Both the position numbers and the translations under genes were made by a program. From an uncultured delta proteobacterium (GTDB lineage Bacteria; Desulfobacterota; Binatia; UBA9968), in contig CAWFJP010000030.1 of the NCBI GenBank assembly GCA_963816145.1, forward strand, positions 352,001 to 416,000: a stretch of 64,000 nt of DNA, written 5' to 3'. This document shows positions 19,273-28,887 of the stretch, one piece after another (the stretch's first letter is position 1; each line of letters begins with the position of its first letter). The notes under the pieces were generated by a model that was not told the DNA's origin, searched no databases, and saw only the letters and a program-made list of their open reading frames with translations.

Positions 19273-21540
19273 ATGCCAGCTGTAATCGAAAAAGGTCGTC
19301 TCAATCGTGAAATCTGGGCTGTGGTGATTGCGCTCACGGCGCTGCTCATCGCCATTAGCTTGGTTTCCTATAGCGTCAACGATCGCTCGTTCAATACGCC
19401 TTCGGGCGCGGTTGACACGCACAACTGGGGCGGCTTTCTCGGCGCGTTCCTCGCCGACCTGCTACTCCAGGGCCTGGGGCTGTCGTCGTATCTCGTTCCG
19501 GTGTTCTTAATTGCCGGCGCGACGCAAATGTTCCGCGCCAGTTACAAGGGGGTCTCGCTGGCTCGCGCTTCGGCCTACGCGGTTCTCCTAGTGAGCATCG
19601 GCGTCTTCTTGAGCGTCATCATTGACAGCGAAAGCGCCCGCGATGCCGGCGGCATTGTCGGCGGTTTCCTTAAGGAAAGTATTTTGATCCCGCTGTTCGG
19701 CCGTTTGAGCTCGGTGTTGATCGCCTGCTTCATGCTGCTTTTGTCGATCATGATGCTGACTCAGTATTCGTTGCTCGACTTGATCGGTGCCACCAAAAAG
19801 AACTTCAGCGAATTCAAAAAATCCCTAGTACCGGCGATCAACGACCGGATGAAGGAACTCAAAGAGATAAATGATAAACGCAAAGGTGAAAACACCAAGA
19901 AAGAGAAAAAGGATTATACCCCGCCGACGATCCTGACCAAAGACGATCCCATCGACGACTTGGTCATAAGAAAAGCTACCAAGAAGCCGGTGGCGCAGGC
20001 GCCGGAACAGTTTAAGCTTCCGGAAGTCGGCGAGGGCTACAAACTGCCACCGCTGGAGCTTCTAGACCCGCCGGAGCATGAGCAGATCAGTATCGACAAG
20101 GACACCCTGCACGCCAATTCGCTGATCTTGCAGAAAAAACTCGAAGACTTCGGCGTCGAGGGCGAAGTCGTCGCGGTGCGCCCTGGGCCGGTCATCACCA
20201 TGTACGAGTTCAAGCCCGCGCCCGGTGTCAAAGTCCGGCGCATCGTCATGTTGGCCGACGATCTCGCCATGGCACTGCGCGCCGTCAGCGTCCGCATCTT
20301 AGCGCCGATCCCCGGCGAATCCGTGGTGGGCATCGAGATCCCCAATCCGCGGCGCGAAACCGTCTATTTACGCGAAGTGATCGAGAGTGAGTCCTACCGT
20401 ACCGCCGATTCGAAGATTACCTTGGCGCTGGGCAAGGACATCGGCGGAGTGCCGTTTACCACCGATCTCTCCAGAATGCCTCATCTCCTGGTCGCGGGAG
20501 CTACCGGCACCGGTAAATCTGTATCGATCAACGCGATGATCTTGAGTTTGTTATTCAAGAGCAACCCACAGGACGTCAAGTTCATCATGGTCGATCCCAA
20601 GATGCTCGAATTGACCGTTTATGAAGACATCCCGCATCAGTTGGTGCCGGTCGTCACCGATCCCAAGAAAGCCGCCGCCGCGCTGTTCTGGGCGATGGAT
20701 GAAATGGATCGCCGCTATCGCCTAATGAGGGAAAAAGGCGTGCGCAATATCGACGGCTACAACCGGTCGATAGAAAAGGAGTCTGGGAACAAAAAAGATC
20801 TCATCCACCTAACCGATGAAGAACCGATGGAAGAAACGCCGGCGATCGGCGGCAGGCTGTCGAAAGACGCGCCCTTGGTCCATGGCCATTTGCCGCGCAT
20901 CGTTATCATCATCGACGAATTGGCTGATCTCATGATGACTGTCGGACGGGACATCGAAGAGTATATTACCCGCCTGGCGCAGAAAGCGCGCGCGGCGGGC
21001 ATTCATTTGATCCTAGCCACCCAGCGGCCCTCGGTCGACGTCATCACCGGCCTCATCAAGGCCAACTTTCCGGCACGCATTTCTTTTCAAGTGACCTCGC
21101 GCATCGATTCGCGGACGATCTTGGACTCCATGGGCGGCGAGAAACTCCTAGGCAACGGCGATATGCTCTTCCTGCCGCCGGGAACGGCAAGGCTCACCCG
21201 GATCCATGGCGCCTTCGTCTCCGATCAGGAAGTGCGCAAAGTGGTGAAATTCATCAAACAACAGGGCCGGCCTAACTACCGCACCGATATACTGGAAGCC
21301 AAAAAAGAAATCGAAGCTGCCGCTGCGGCCGACGAAGAATATGACGAGATGTACGATCAGGCGGTTGCCATCGTTACCGAGACCCAACAGGCTTCGATCT
21401 CTATGATTCAACGGCGATTGCGTGTAGGGTACAACCGCGCTGCGCGGATGATCGAAGTCATGGAACGCGACGGCGTCATCGGTCCGGCCGACGGTGCCAA
21501 ACCGAGAGAAGTTTATGCGCAAAAAATCGAAGAAAACTAG
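19273..21540 (+). CDS. ftsK: DNA translocase FtsK
   Basis: N-terminal TMs, GATGTGKS, DELADLM, gamma domain VGYNRAARMIE. Confidence 0.96.
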   Translation: MPAVIEKGRLNREIWAVVIALTALLIAISLVSYSVNDRSFNTPSGAVDTHNWGGFLGAFLADLLLQGLGLSSYLVPVFLIAGATQMFRASYKGVSLARASAYAVLLVSIGVFLSVIIDSESARDAGGIVGGFLKESILIPLFGRLSSVLIACFMLLLSIMMLTQYSLLDLIGATKKNFSEFKKSLVPAINDRMKELKEINDKRKGENTKKEKKDYTPPTILTKDDPIDDLVIRKATKKPVAQAPEQFKLPEVGEGYKLPPLELLDPPEHEQISIDKDTLHANSLILQKKLEDFGVEGEVVAVRPGPVITMYEFKPAPGVKVRRIVMLADDLAMALRAVSVRILAPIPGESVVGIEIPNPRRETVYLREVIESESYRTADSKITLALGKDIGGVPFTTDLSRMPHLLVAGATGTGKSVSINAMILSLLFKSNPQDVKFIMVDPKMLELTVYEDIPHQLVPVVTDPKKAAAALFWAMDEMDRRYRLMREKGVRNIDGYNRSIEKESGNKKDLIHLTDEEPMEETPAIGGRLSKDAPLVHGHLPRIVIIIDELADLMMTVGRDIEEYITRLAQKARAAGIHLILATQRPSVDVITGLIKANFPARISFQVTSRIDSRTILDSMGGEKLLGNGDMLFLPPGTARLTRIHGAFVSDQEVRKVVKFIKQQGRPNYRTDILEAKKEIEAAAAADEEYDEMYDQAVAIVTETQQASISMIQRRLRVGYNRAARMIEVMERDGVIGPADGAKPREVYAQKIEEN

Positions 21541-22201
21541 GCAAATCCTTTGGATGCTGCTCGTTGCATCGGGCCTGGTGTCGACCGTGCAGAGCCAACT
21601 GGGCCGCGCTGCCGAAACCAACAGTGCCGATGCGGTTGTCGACGCCTTGCAAAAAACCTACGACGCCACCGTCGATTTCGTCGCCGACTTCCGCCAGGAG
21701 ACTGAAGTCAAAACTCTCGGCCGGAGCCTCAAAGCGTCGGGGAAGCTCTCTTTCAAGCGCCCCGGAAGAATGCTCTGGACCTATGAAACGCCCAAGGGTC
21801 AGTTCGTCTTGGCCGACGGCAAGCATCTATTTTTCTATCAGCCCGAGCAGAATCAAGTGATCAAAAGCCCGCTCAAAAACGCCTTTCGCGGCGACATTCC
21901 ACTGTCGTTTCTGCTCGGTCTCGGCAACCTCAAGAAAGATTTCAACGCAACACTCAAAGCCTCCGACGAAAGCCAAAGTATTCTGCGCCTGGAGCCCAAG
22001 GGCGAAGCCGGGGGTTACAGTGAAATCCTCGTTGGCGTCAGCAAAAGTTCGTCGGACATTTTGTGGGTCAGCGTGCGCGATGCCGCCAGCAATCTGACCA
22101 CCTTGCGCTTTTCCGGTATGCGCAAGAGCGTCGGCTTGAAAGACAACCTGTTTCAGGTGCAAATCCCCAATGGCGCCGATGTCGTCGAACTAGGCCAATG
22201 A
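21515..22201 (+). CDS. lolA: Outer membrane lipoprotein carrier LolA
   Basis: Signal peptide, ADFRQ, KRPGRMLWTY; follows ftsK. Confidence 0.87.
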   Translation: MRKKSKKTRQILWMLLVASGLVSTVQSQLGRAAETNSADAVVDALQKTYDATVDFVADFRQETEVKTLGRSLKASGKLSFKRPGRMLWTYETPKGQFVLADGKHLFFYQPEQNQVIKSPLKNAFRGDIPLSFLLGLGNLKKDFNATLKASDESQSILRLEPKGEAGGYSEILVGVSKSSSDILWVSVRDAASNLTTLRFSGMRKSVGLKDNLFQVQIPNGADVVELGQ

Positions 22202-23553
22202 CGATCAAGCAAAAATTCAGCATTGTCAGCCTTGGCTGCGCGCGCAATTTGGTCGACTCCGAGGTGATGGCCGGACTGCTGCAGAAAAATGACTACGAGA
22301 TCGTCAGCGAGCCGGCTGACGCCGATGTTGTCATGGTCAACACCTGCGGCTTTATCGGCGCCGCCAAGGAAGAATCCATCGATACCATTGTCGAGATGGG
22401 CCGCCTCAAGGAATCCGGTAAACTAAAAAAACTGGTGGTGGCGGGATGCCTGTCCCAGCGCTACCCCACCGAGCTCGCCGCTGAACTCTCGGAGGTCGAT
22501 CTATTCATCGGCACCGGGGAAGTGCCGCGCATCGCCGAGATCCTGCGCGAACATGAAACGACCCGGCAGCGCCAATATGTCGGCTTGCCGAGTTACATCT
22601 ACGACCACGCAACGCCGCGAGATCGATCCACCCCGTCCCATACGGCATTTCTGAAAGTCTCGGAAGGCTGCGACCACAAATGCGCCTTCTGCATCATCCC
22701 GCAATTGCGCGGCCCGCACCGCAGCCGCAGCGTCGAATCGGTGGTAACCGAGACTCATCAGCTCGCCCAAGCCGGGGTGAAGGAAATAAACTTAATCGCC
22801 CAGGATCTCACCGCCTACGGTCGCGATCGCAAAGACGGGACGACGCTTTACGGCCTGTTGCGCGAGATGTCCCAGGTCGATGACCTGCAGTGGATTCGTC
22901 TGCTTTATTCGTATCCTAACTACCTCGACCCAGAGTTGCTCGAGCTGATCGCCAACAGCGCCAAGATTTGCAAATATGTCGATATCCCGTTTCAGCATAT
23001 CAGTCAGCGGCTGTTGCAACGCATGCGCCGCGGCAAAAGCGGCAGCGCGGTGCGGCAAACCATCGAAAAGCTGCGGCAAGCGATTCCGGGGTTGACGCTG
23101 CGCACGTCAATCATCGTCGGCTTTCCCGGCGAAACCGACGTAGAGTTCGCCGAGCTTTTGGATTTTGTCGAAACTGCCAAATTCGACCGGCTCGGGGTTT
23201 TCAAATACTCCGAGGAAGAGGGCACCAACGCCGTCAAGCTCGGCGGCAAGGTGAGCGAAGAGGAAAAGGAAGACCGTTGGCAGCAAGTGATGGACATCCA
23301 AGCCGTGGTTTCACTAAAAAAAAATCAGGCCTTGATTGGCACCATACAGAGCGTTATGATCGACGGCGCCGATCCGGACTCCGGCCGGTACACCGGTCGA
23401 ACCGAGGCCCATGCGCCTGAGGTTGACGGGGTTGTTTATATAGACGAGCAAAATTTCAAGGGGGACGAACCGCCCCATGGCGGTGACATGCTGATTGTGA
23501 AAATCACCGGCGCCTCCGATTATGACCTGATAGGTGAAACACTCCATGGCTAG
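22198..23553 (+). CDS. rimO: Ribosomal protein S12 methylthiotransferase RimO
   Basis: SLGCARNLVDSE, NTCGFI, radical SAM CDHKCAFC, APEVDG. Confidence 0.95.
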   Translation: MTIKQKFSIVSLGCARNLVDSEVMAGLLQKNDYEIVSEPADADVVMVNTCGFIGAAKEESIDTIVEMGRLKESGKLKKLVVAGCLSQRYPTELAAELSEVDLFIGTGEVPRIAEILREHETTRQRQYVGLPSYIYDHATPRDRSTPSHTAFLKVSEGCDHKCAFCIIPQLRGPHRSRSVESVVTETHQLAQAGVKEINLIAQDLTAYGRDRKDGTTLYGLLREMSQVDDLQWIRLLYSYPNYLDPELLELIANSAKICKYVDIPFQHISQRLLQRMRRGKSGSAVRQTIEKLRQAIPGLTLRTSIIVGFPGETDVEFAELLDFVETAKFDRLGVFKYSEEEGTNAVKLGGKVSEEEKEDRWQQVMDIQAVVSLKKNQALIGTIQSVMIDGADPDSGRYTGRTEAHAPEVDGVVYIDEQNFKGDEPPHGGDMLIVKITGASDYDLIGETLHG

Positions 23554-24004
23554 ACTCGACGTAGACAAAGAAAAAAAGCAGCGACGAGACTTCTTGAAAC
23601 AAGCCTCCGAGATGCTCGCAGAGATGAAGCGCTCCTTGATGAAGGAAATGCAGACTCGCGTCAAAGGGGAGACCGAAGGTTCCAAGGATGAAGGCCGCGA
23701 CACCTATGATCTCGCCAGCGATGAGCGCGACCGGGAGATCAATTTCATCTTGAACGACCGCGAGCGCGAGAAGCTTCACGCCATCGATGAAGCCTTGCAG
23801 CGCATCTCCGACAAGACCTATGGGTTATGCGAGAGTTGCGAGGGAGAGATCCAGTTGGGACGCCTCAAAGTCCTGCCCTTCACCCGCCTCTGCGTCCGTT
23901 GCCAGGAAGAGAACGAGAAGGAAAGCAAAAGGCAAAAGACTCTGGAGAACGAGCGCAGCTATCGCCGGCTCGACGCCACCGACGCTGAAGACGAGAGCTT
24001 TTAG
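23546..24004 (+). CDS. dksA: TraR/DksA family transcriptional regulator
   Basis: Coiled-coil tip DTYDLA and C4 zinc finger CESC...CVRC. Confidence 0.85.
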   Translation: MARLDVDKEKKQRRDFLKQASEMLAEMKRSLMKEMQTRVKGETEGSKDEGRDTYDLASDERDREINFILNDREREKLHAIDEALQRISDKTYGLCESCEGEIQLGRLKVLPFTRLCVRCQEENEKESKRQKTLENERSYRRLDATDAEDESF

Positions 24005-24078
24005 TCAAGTAACATTCCCCGGCGCGCCGTTGATTCAAGGGCGGCGAGGCAATACCGAATCACTAGCCCGGTAATAAT

Positions 24079-24118
24079 AAAGGGGGCGGGCACAAAGCGA
24101 GCTGTGCCGCCCCCTTTT
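24079..24118. terminator. Bidirectional terminator between dksA and the convergent secreted-protein cassette
   Basis: aagggggcgggcaca...tgtgccgcccccttt hairpin with A/T runs on both sides. Confidence 0.75.
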
Positions 24119-24142
24119 AATTCAGCGCTTGTTAGCGAAGGG

Positions 24143-24499
24143 CTATTCGCCCTTGGCAGGGACGAAGGTCATCTTCGAGAGGAAATTCTTCTCACCCTTG
24201 GTGACGTACTCGACAGTGGCCGATGAGCCAAGTCCGACGTCGCTCATCTTCGTTTTCGATTCGACGATTTCAGTCGCCTTGGTTTTAGCGTTGTAGTCCA
24301 AGGTGACCAGCTTGCCATCCTTGGTAACCACGATCATGTAGTTCTTTTCAGTGTCCAACAAACCGATGTCACCGGAAACTTTTTCCGCTTTAGCCTTGGC
24401 CGGTTCGGCCTTCTTTTCTTCTTGTGCCATTGCTGGCAAGGCAAGAGATGCTGCGGCGATAACCGCGACCGCCCCGACAATTTGGTTATTTATTTTCAT
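24143..24499 (-). CDS. Secreted small beta-rich (OB-fold-like) protein, PAKGE family, copy A1
   Basis: Sec signal peptide (PAMA-Q), core GDIGLLDTEKNYMIVVTKDGKLVT, ends PAKGE; three paralogues in the window. Confidence 0.85.
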   Translation of the reverse strand: MKINNQIVGAVAVIAAASLALPAMAQEEKKAEPAKAKAEKVSGDIGLLDTEKNYMIVVTKDGKLVTLDYNAKTKATEIVESKTKMSDVGLGSSATVEYVTKGEKNFLSKMTFVPAKGE

Positions 24500-24549
24500 A
24501 TAACTCTCTCCTTCTGATGCGTCTTTAGTCGGCAGTTCTTCAAGCGACC

Positions 24550-24960
24550 CTATTCGCCCTTCGCCGGCAGATACTCGATACTCGAAGCGATACTCTTGTC
24601 GCCGACTTTTGTATAGACGACCGTTGCCGCCGAACCAAGGCCGATGTCGGCGATCTTAGCAGGTTTGAACTCTCGCTGAATCGGCTGAAACTTCGGATCG
24701 TAGTCAACCGTCACGAGCTTGCCCTCTTTCGTGACGATAATCATGTAATTTTTTTCGGTGTCCAAGAGCCCTACATCGCCGGCTATCTTGGTTGCCTTTG
24801 CCGCTGGTGCTTTTGCTTCGGCCTTCGCCTCAGTCTTTGCGGCTGGTGCTGGTGCCGGTGCCGCAGGTTTGGCGGCCATCTCCTCTTGCGTCGAGCACGA
24901 CGTAAAAGCTACCGACATCGCTACCAATGCCACTCCACTCACTGACACCAATCTGTTCAT
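24550..24960 (-). CDS. Lipoprotein, PAKGE family, copy B1
   Basis: Lipobox FTSC, Pro/Ala/Lys linker, same core domain, ends PAKGE; RBS GGAGG. Confidence 0.85.
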   Translation of the reverse strand: MNRLVSVSGVALVAMSVAFTSCSTQEEMAAKPAAPAPAPAAKTEAKAEAKAPAAKATKIAGDVGLLDTEKNYMIIVTKEGKLVTVDYDPKFQPIQREFKPAKIADIGLGSAATVVYTKVGDKSIASSIEYLPAKGE

Positions 24961-25085
24961 CGTTCCTCCCTACTGAGCTAAATTTTCTAATATTTGTTTC
25001 ATTTACTTATCGTGACCCAGATGGTTATCTCAATACGCTTTAAGTAGGAATTTTCCTCAGCCATTGCGAAACACGGCTATCATGG

Positions 25086-25101
25086 TAGGACTTAAGTCTT
25101 A
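25086..25101. promoter_or_regulatory. Palindromic operator TAGGAC-TTAA-GTCTTA (candidate NarL-family RR site)
   Basis: Near-perfect 16-bp palindrome in the divergent intergenic region; related copies at 28115, 30605 and 25034. Confidence 0.65.
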
Positions 25102-25193
25102 CAGCATAACATTTAAGCAAAATCGCCTATTTGCACCCTTAATTATTTGATGTATGCGTAATTAAGCGTAAGTGAAAGGCGGAGAGACTTGCT

Positions 25194-25856
25194 ATGGCCC
25201 CGATCAAAGTCGTGATTGCCGATGACCACACCCTCTTCCGCGAGGGATTGCGCAAAATCTTGTCTCTGGAAAAAGACATCCTCGTCGCAGGCGAAGCATC
25301 GAATGGCGAGGAAGCCGGCAAATTGGCCGAACGGATCAAACCGGATGTCTTGCTCATGGATCTCAAAATGCCCAAAAGCGATCTGGTGCAGAGTCTTCTC
25401 GAGATGAGTACATCGGCGCCCGCTACTAAAGTTCTCGTCCTTACCGCCTTCTCTGACGAAGAAAACGTCCTAAACGCAGCCAAGAGCGGCGCACGCGGCT
25501 ACGTTACCAAAGGTGTGCCCACGACCTCTTTGATTCAGGCCATTAAAACAATTTACGGCGGCGGCACCTGGGTCGATAAGGACATCCCCTGCTGGCAGGC
25601 TTTCGAGGAAATCGCCGGCAATAACACCGGTATGACTCGCGCCGTCACGCCGCTCGGCGATGAAAGCATTCAGTCGCTAACTAAACGCGAGCTGGAAATC
25701 CTAAAACTCGTCGCCGAGGGGCTGACCAACGAGGAGATCGGCAAGAAAATCTTTATTAGCGAGAAAACCGTCAAGACTCATTTAACCAATATCTTTGACA
25801 AACTTAAGGTGAATAACCGTTTCAAGGCGGCTCTGATGTTGATGGGGCAGCCGTAG
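25194..25856 (+). CDS. NarL/LuxR family response regulator
   Basis: ADDH, LLMDLKMP, LuxR HTH LTKRELEIL...TVKTHLTNIFDKL. Confidence 0.94.
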   Translation: MAPIKVVIADDHTLFREGLRKILSLEKDILVAGEASNGEEAGKLAERIKPDVLLMDLKMPKSDLVQSLLEMSTSAPATKVLVLTAFSDEENVLNAAKSGARGYVTKGVPTTSLIQAIKTIYGGGTWVDKDIPCWQAFEEIAGNNTGMTRAVTPLGDESIQSLTKRELEILKLVAEGLTNEEIGKKIFISEKTVKTHLTNIFDKLKVNNRFKAALMLMGQP

Positions 25857-25988
25857 AATTAGTCCACAGACCCGCCCCTACAACGCGGCGGTTTGTGCAG
25901 GATTCGGCGCGCAAAACACGCTAAACCCATCAGGTTCCACGGATCATGATGAACATGATTGGATAATCTAACGATCACCCACGCCGGG

Positions 25989-27230
25989 ATGTCTATGACA
26001 CCGACAACGGATAACCAACACCCGACCCAGCTGGAACACGAATGGTTCCGCGAACGCGAACGCGCCGCGTCTTGGTTGCGCCTGGCGTTCGCCGTGATTG
26101 CTATCTTCGTGATCCAACTTAATCCGTCACGCGTCGCTCGTTATCCCTCGTTGTCGACGGTCGCTCTAATATCGTTCTTGATCTATAGCGCCGGCGCGGT
26201 TTGGTTGGTCTGGAAAAACAAGTTTCCGTTCATTTCTCTGGGGCCGATCAGTACCGCACTCGATACCATTTGGATCGCACTAATTGTTATTTCCACCGGC
26301 GGCACCAGAACGCCCTTTTTCATTTACTATTCGTTCCCGGTTATTACCGCGAGCCTGCGATGGGGCCTAAAAGGCAGCCTGCCGGTCGCCGGCATTGGCG
26401 TCGGCATCTACATCGCTATCCGTCTCACCCTAGCCGCCGAGTCCATCAGCGAGCCGATCGGCATCGACACCATCGTCGTGCGCAGCTTCTATCTATTCGC
26501 TCTCGCCGGTATTTTCGGATACGTCAGCGAGTTCGAACAAAAGCAAAATCGCAAGCTGCTGGCCTTCTCGCGCGCCGCCGGCGAGTTGGCGGCATTACAA
26601 GAGCGCCAGAGAATTATGTACGAGCTGCACGACGGCCTGCTCCAATCGCTGGCGACTATGATCCTGCACGTTGAAAGCTACCGGGCTCGGGCTCGATCGG
26701 GCGAAACAGCAAAGGAGTTAGCCGGCGAGCTCGGACAGTTAGAAGACATGTCCCGAAAAACCATGAACGAGATCCGCCAGTTTCTCGCCGGTAAAGAACC
26801 GACGCCGATCGCGCCGGGTACGCTGATGGAGAGACTCAAAGACGAGCTGCGCTTTCTCCAAGGGCTGGGCATCGAGGCTTTACTCGAATCCGATCCGGAA
26901 GAGCTCATTTTGCCGCCGGAGATCGAAAGAGAACTCTACTATGTGTTGCGCGAGGCGCTGACCAATATCACCCGTCACGCGCACGCGACGAGAGTTGCCA
27001 TAGATCTGCGCCAGAGAAATGACCGGGTCGACGGCTCGATTGAAGACAATGGCGTCGGCACGGATCTCTTTCGGGGTGTTCACGGTAACCGCGTCGGCAT
27101 GGCCAGCATGCGCGATCGCATCGAAAAAAAAGGGGGAGGATTCGAACTACAATCCTCCCCCGGGCACGGCTTCAAAATTATTTTTTCAGTCCCGCTAGAC
27201 TCGCCGAACCGGTTAGCGGTCAATCAATAA
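25989..27230 (+). CDS. Membrane-embedded sensor histidine kinase (HisKA_3)
   Basis: Five to six TM helices with short loops, ERQRIMYELHDGLLQ, EALTNITRHA, DNGVG; start uncertain (25959/25989/25995). Confidence 0.9.
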   Translation: MSMTPTTDNQHPTQLEHEWFRERERAASWLRLAFAVIAIFVIQLNPSRVARYPSLSTVALISFLIYSAGAVWLVWKNKFPFISLGPISTALDTIWIALIVISTGGTRTPFFIYYSFPVITASLRWGLKGSLPVAGIGVGIYIAIRLTLAAESISEPIGIDTIVVRSFYLFALAGIFGYVSEFEQKQNRKLLAFSRAAGELAALQERQRIMYELHDGLLQSLATMILHVESYRARARSGETAKELAGELGQLEDMSRKTMNEIRQFLAGKEPTPIAPGTLMERLKDELRFLQGLGIEALLESDPEELILPPEIERELYYVLREALTNITRHAHATRVAIDLRQRNDRVDGSIEDNGVGTDLFRGVHGNRVGMASMRDRIEKKGGGFELQSSPGHGFKIIFSVPLDSPNRLAVNQ

Positions 27231-27287
27231 GACTCAACCCAAAAGCGCTCGCCCCACCTTACCTGCACGCCAGCGGACGATGCAAAC

Positions 27288-27638
27288 TTATTCACCCTTG
27301 GCAGGAACAAAAATCATCTTGGTGAGAAAGTTCTTTTCACCTTTGACAACATATTCCACTTGCGCGGACGAACCGAGTCCCACATCGGACATCTTCGCCT
27401 TCGTGTCGACAAGTTGGGTCGTCTTGGTTTTCGCGTTGATATCTACTGTGACAAGTTTGCCATCCTTGGTCACGACGATCATGTAATTCTTTTCCGTATC
27501 GAGTAAACCGATATCGCCGGCTACTTTCTCGGCCTTGGCCTTAGCTGGCTCAGCCTTCTTTTCCTGCGCCGCTGCTGGCGTTATCCAAGCCACTACCGCA
27601 GCAACTGCTATTCCGATTAACAAGTTCTTAGATCTCAT
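27288..27638 (-). CDS. Secreted small beta-rich protein, PAKGE family, copy A2
   Basis: Signal peptide (AAA-Q), mature part closely matches 24143..24499, ends PAKGE. Confidence 0.85.
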   Translation of the reverse strand: MRSKNLLIGIAVAAVVAWITPAAAQEKKAEPAKAKAEKVAGDIGLLDTEKNYMIVVTKDGKLVTVDINAKTKTTQLVDTKAKMSDVGLGSSAQVEYVVKGEKNFLTKMIFVPAKGE

Positions 27639-27695
27639 CCTCAGTCTCCTTATTAATTATTACCGCAATCCCACAGTAAAGAGTCGGCAGCCAAG

Positions 27696-28097
27696 TTACT
27701 CGCCTTTTGCCGGCAGGTACTCAACGTTGGTAGCGATATTTTTATCGCCTTGCTTAGTGTACGTCACGGTCGCCGACGACCCCAAACCTATGTCTGCGAC
27801 CTTCGACGGCTTTGGTGACCTCATCGTCGGCTGAAATTTAGGATCGTAATCCACCGTCACGAGCTTGCCATCTTTGGTGACGACAATCAGGTAATTCTTT
27901 TCAGTATCCAATAATCCGATGTCGCCGGCAATTTTAGTTGCTTTCGCCGGTGCCGCTTTCGCTTCGGGTTTTGCTGCCGCAGCAGGCGCAACCGGTGCCG
28001 GCTTGGCGACCATCTCCTCCTGCGACGAGCAAGCACTGAGCGCGAAAGCGAGCCCAACCACCGCAGCGGTATTCGTAATCGATAAATAATTTTTCAT
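27696..28097 (-). CDS. Lipoprotein, PAKGE family, copy B2
   Basis: Lipobox LSAC, closely matches 24550..24960, ends PAKGE. Confidence 0.85.
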   Translation of the reverse strand: MKNYLSITNTAAVVGLAFALSACSSQEEMVAKPAPVAPAAAAKPEAKAAPAKATKIAGDIGLLDTEKNYLIVVTKDGKLVTVDYDPKFQPTMRSPKPSKVADIGLGSSATVTYTKQGDKNIATNVEYLPAKGE

Positions 28098-28114
28098 TGA
28101 TGCCTCCCAGTTAT

Positions 28115-28130
28115 TAAGACTTAAGTCTCG
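28115..28130. promoter_or_regulatory. Palindromic operator TAAGAC-TTAA-GTCTCG
   Basis: Second copy of the motif, located between predicted promoter and RBS of B2. Confidence 0.6.
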
Positions 28131-28146
28131 TCTCTACGTCATTCGT

Positions 28147-28176
28147 CGTATACTTTACGAAGCGTCGGGTTGTCAA
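28147..28176 (-). promoter_or_regulatory. Putative sigma70 promoter of the B2-A2 operon
   Basis: TTGACA-18 nt-TATACG on the minus strand. Confidence 0.55.
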
Positions 28177-28826
28177 GCGGATAAACCAGGATTCTTAAAA
28201 TGGTCGATTTTTTTGCCTAGATAATTGGTTTTACAGAGGGGAATGACCTGGCCAGCAGCAATAACCATTACCACACTTCATTCCGAGATATTCCGACAAT
28301 CGAACGCGACACTTAGTTGCGACAAAAGGCCTTGATGCTATTTAGGCAACTAAGCATGTGAGGTGCGCTGAGAACGCTTGGCTAAAGCTGGCTCACTCGC
28401 GAATGCCAACACTTCACGACTCACAATCCGCACCAACATCAGGCTTTCATCACGCAACGCGAAGCCCTTGGAAAGCCAAATATCACCATTGCAACCAAAT
28501 CCTCTATTTACCCCAAACTCATCTCGTCCTCGATGAATGATGATGGCTATCAAACCAGGCGATCATACCTGCAATCCAAAAGCGATGGCCCCACGCGCTC
28601 GCTCCAAGCAACATCTCGCTGCTCTCAGGTAGACCGTTCAACTCGCTCATAGCCATCCGACATCGCCAGCTCAGGATCGTTAGAATGGCAGCGAGACAGC
28701 CAAATTTGCAACTCGACTCAAGCCAATCGCGCAAGCGGTTCCAACCTCAACCTGGACATCGCCTCCACACCCTGGTCAAGTTGGTATTGATCTCACGCCC
28801 GTCCCGCACAAGGTCCACGCGAAACA

Positions 28827-28859
28827 AAAAAAAGGGGAGCCCATGGGGCTCCCCCTTTT
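28827..28859 (-). terminator. Rho-independent terminator of the porin gene
   Basis: aaaaggggagccc-atg-gggctcccctttt with poly-A on the + strand. Confidence 0.8.
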
Positions 28860-28887
28860 CGCTATATCACTTCTGCGGAGTTACAGC

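Noticed and set aside
25044-25059. GTAGGAA..nCCT motif also seen at 36701 and near 339-354
   Set aside because: Short, degenerate and inconsistently spaced; cannot be distinguished from chance.
28350-28734. Small ORFs in the gap upstream of cassette 2
   Set aside because: No RBS, atypical composition and no motifs.
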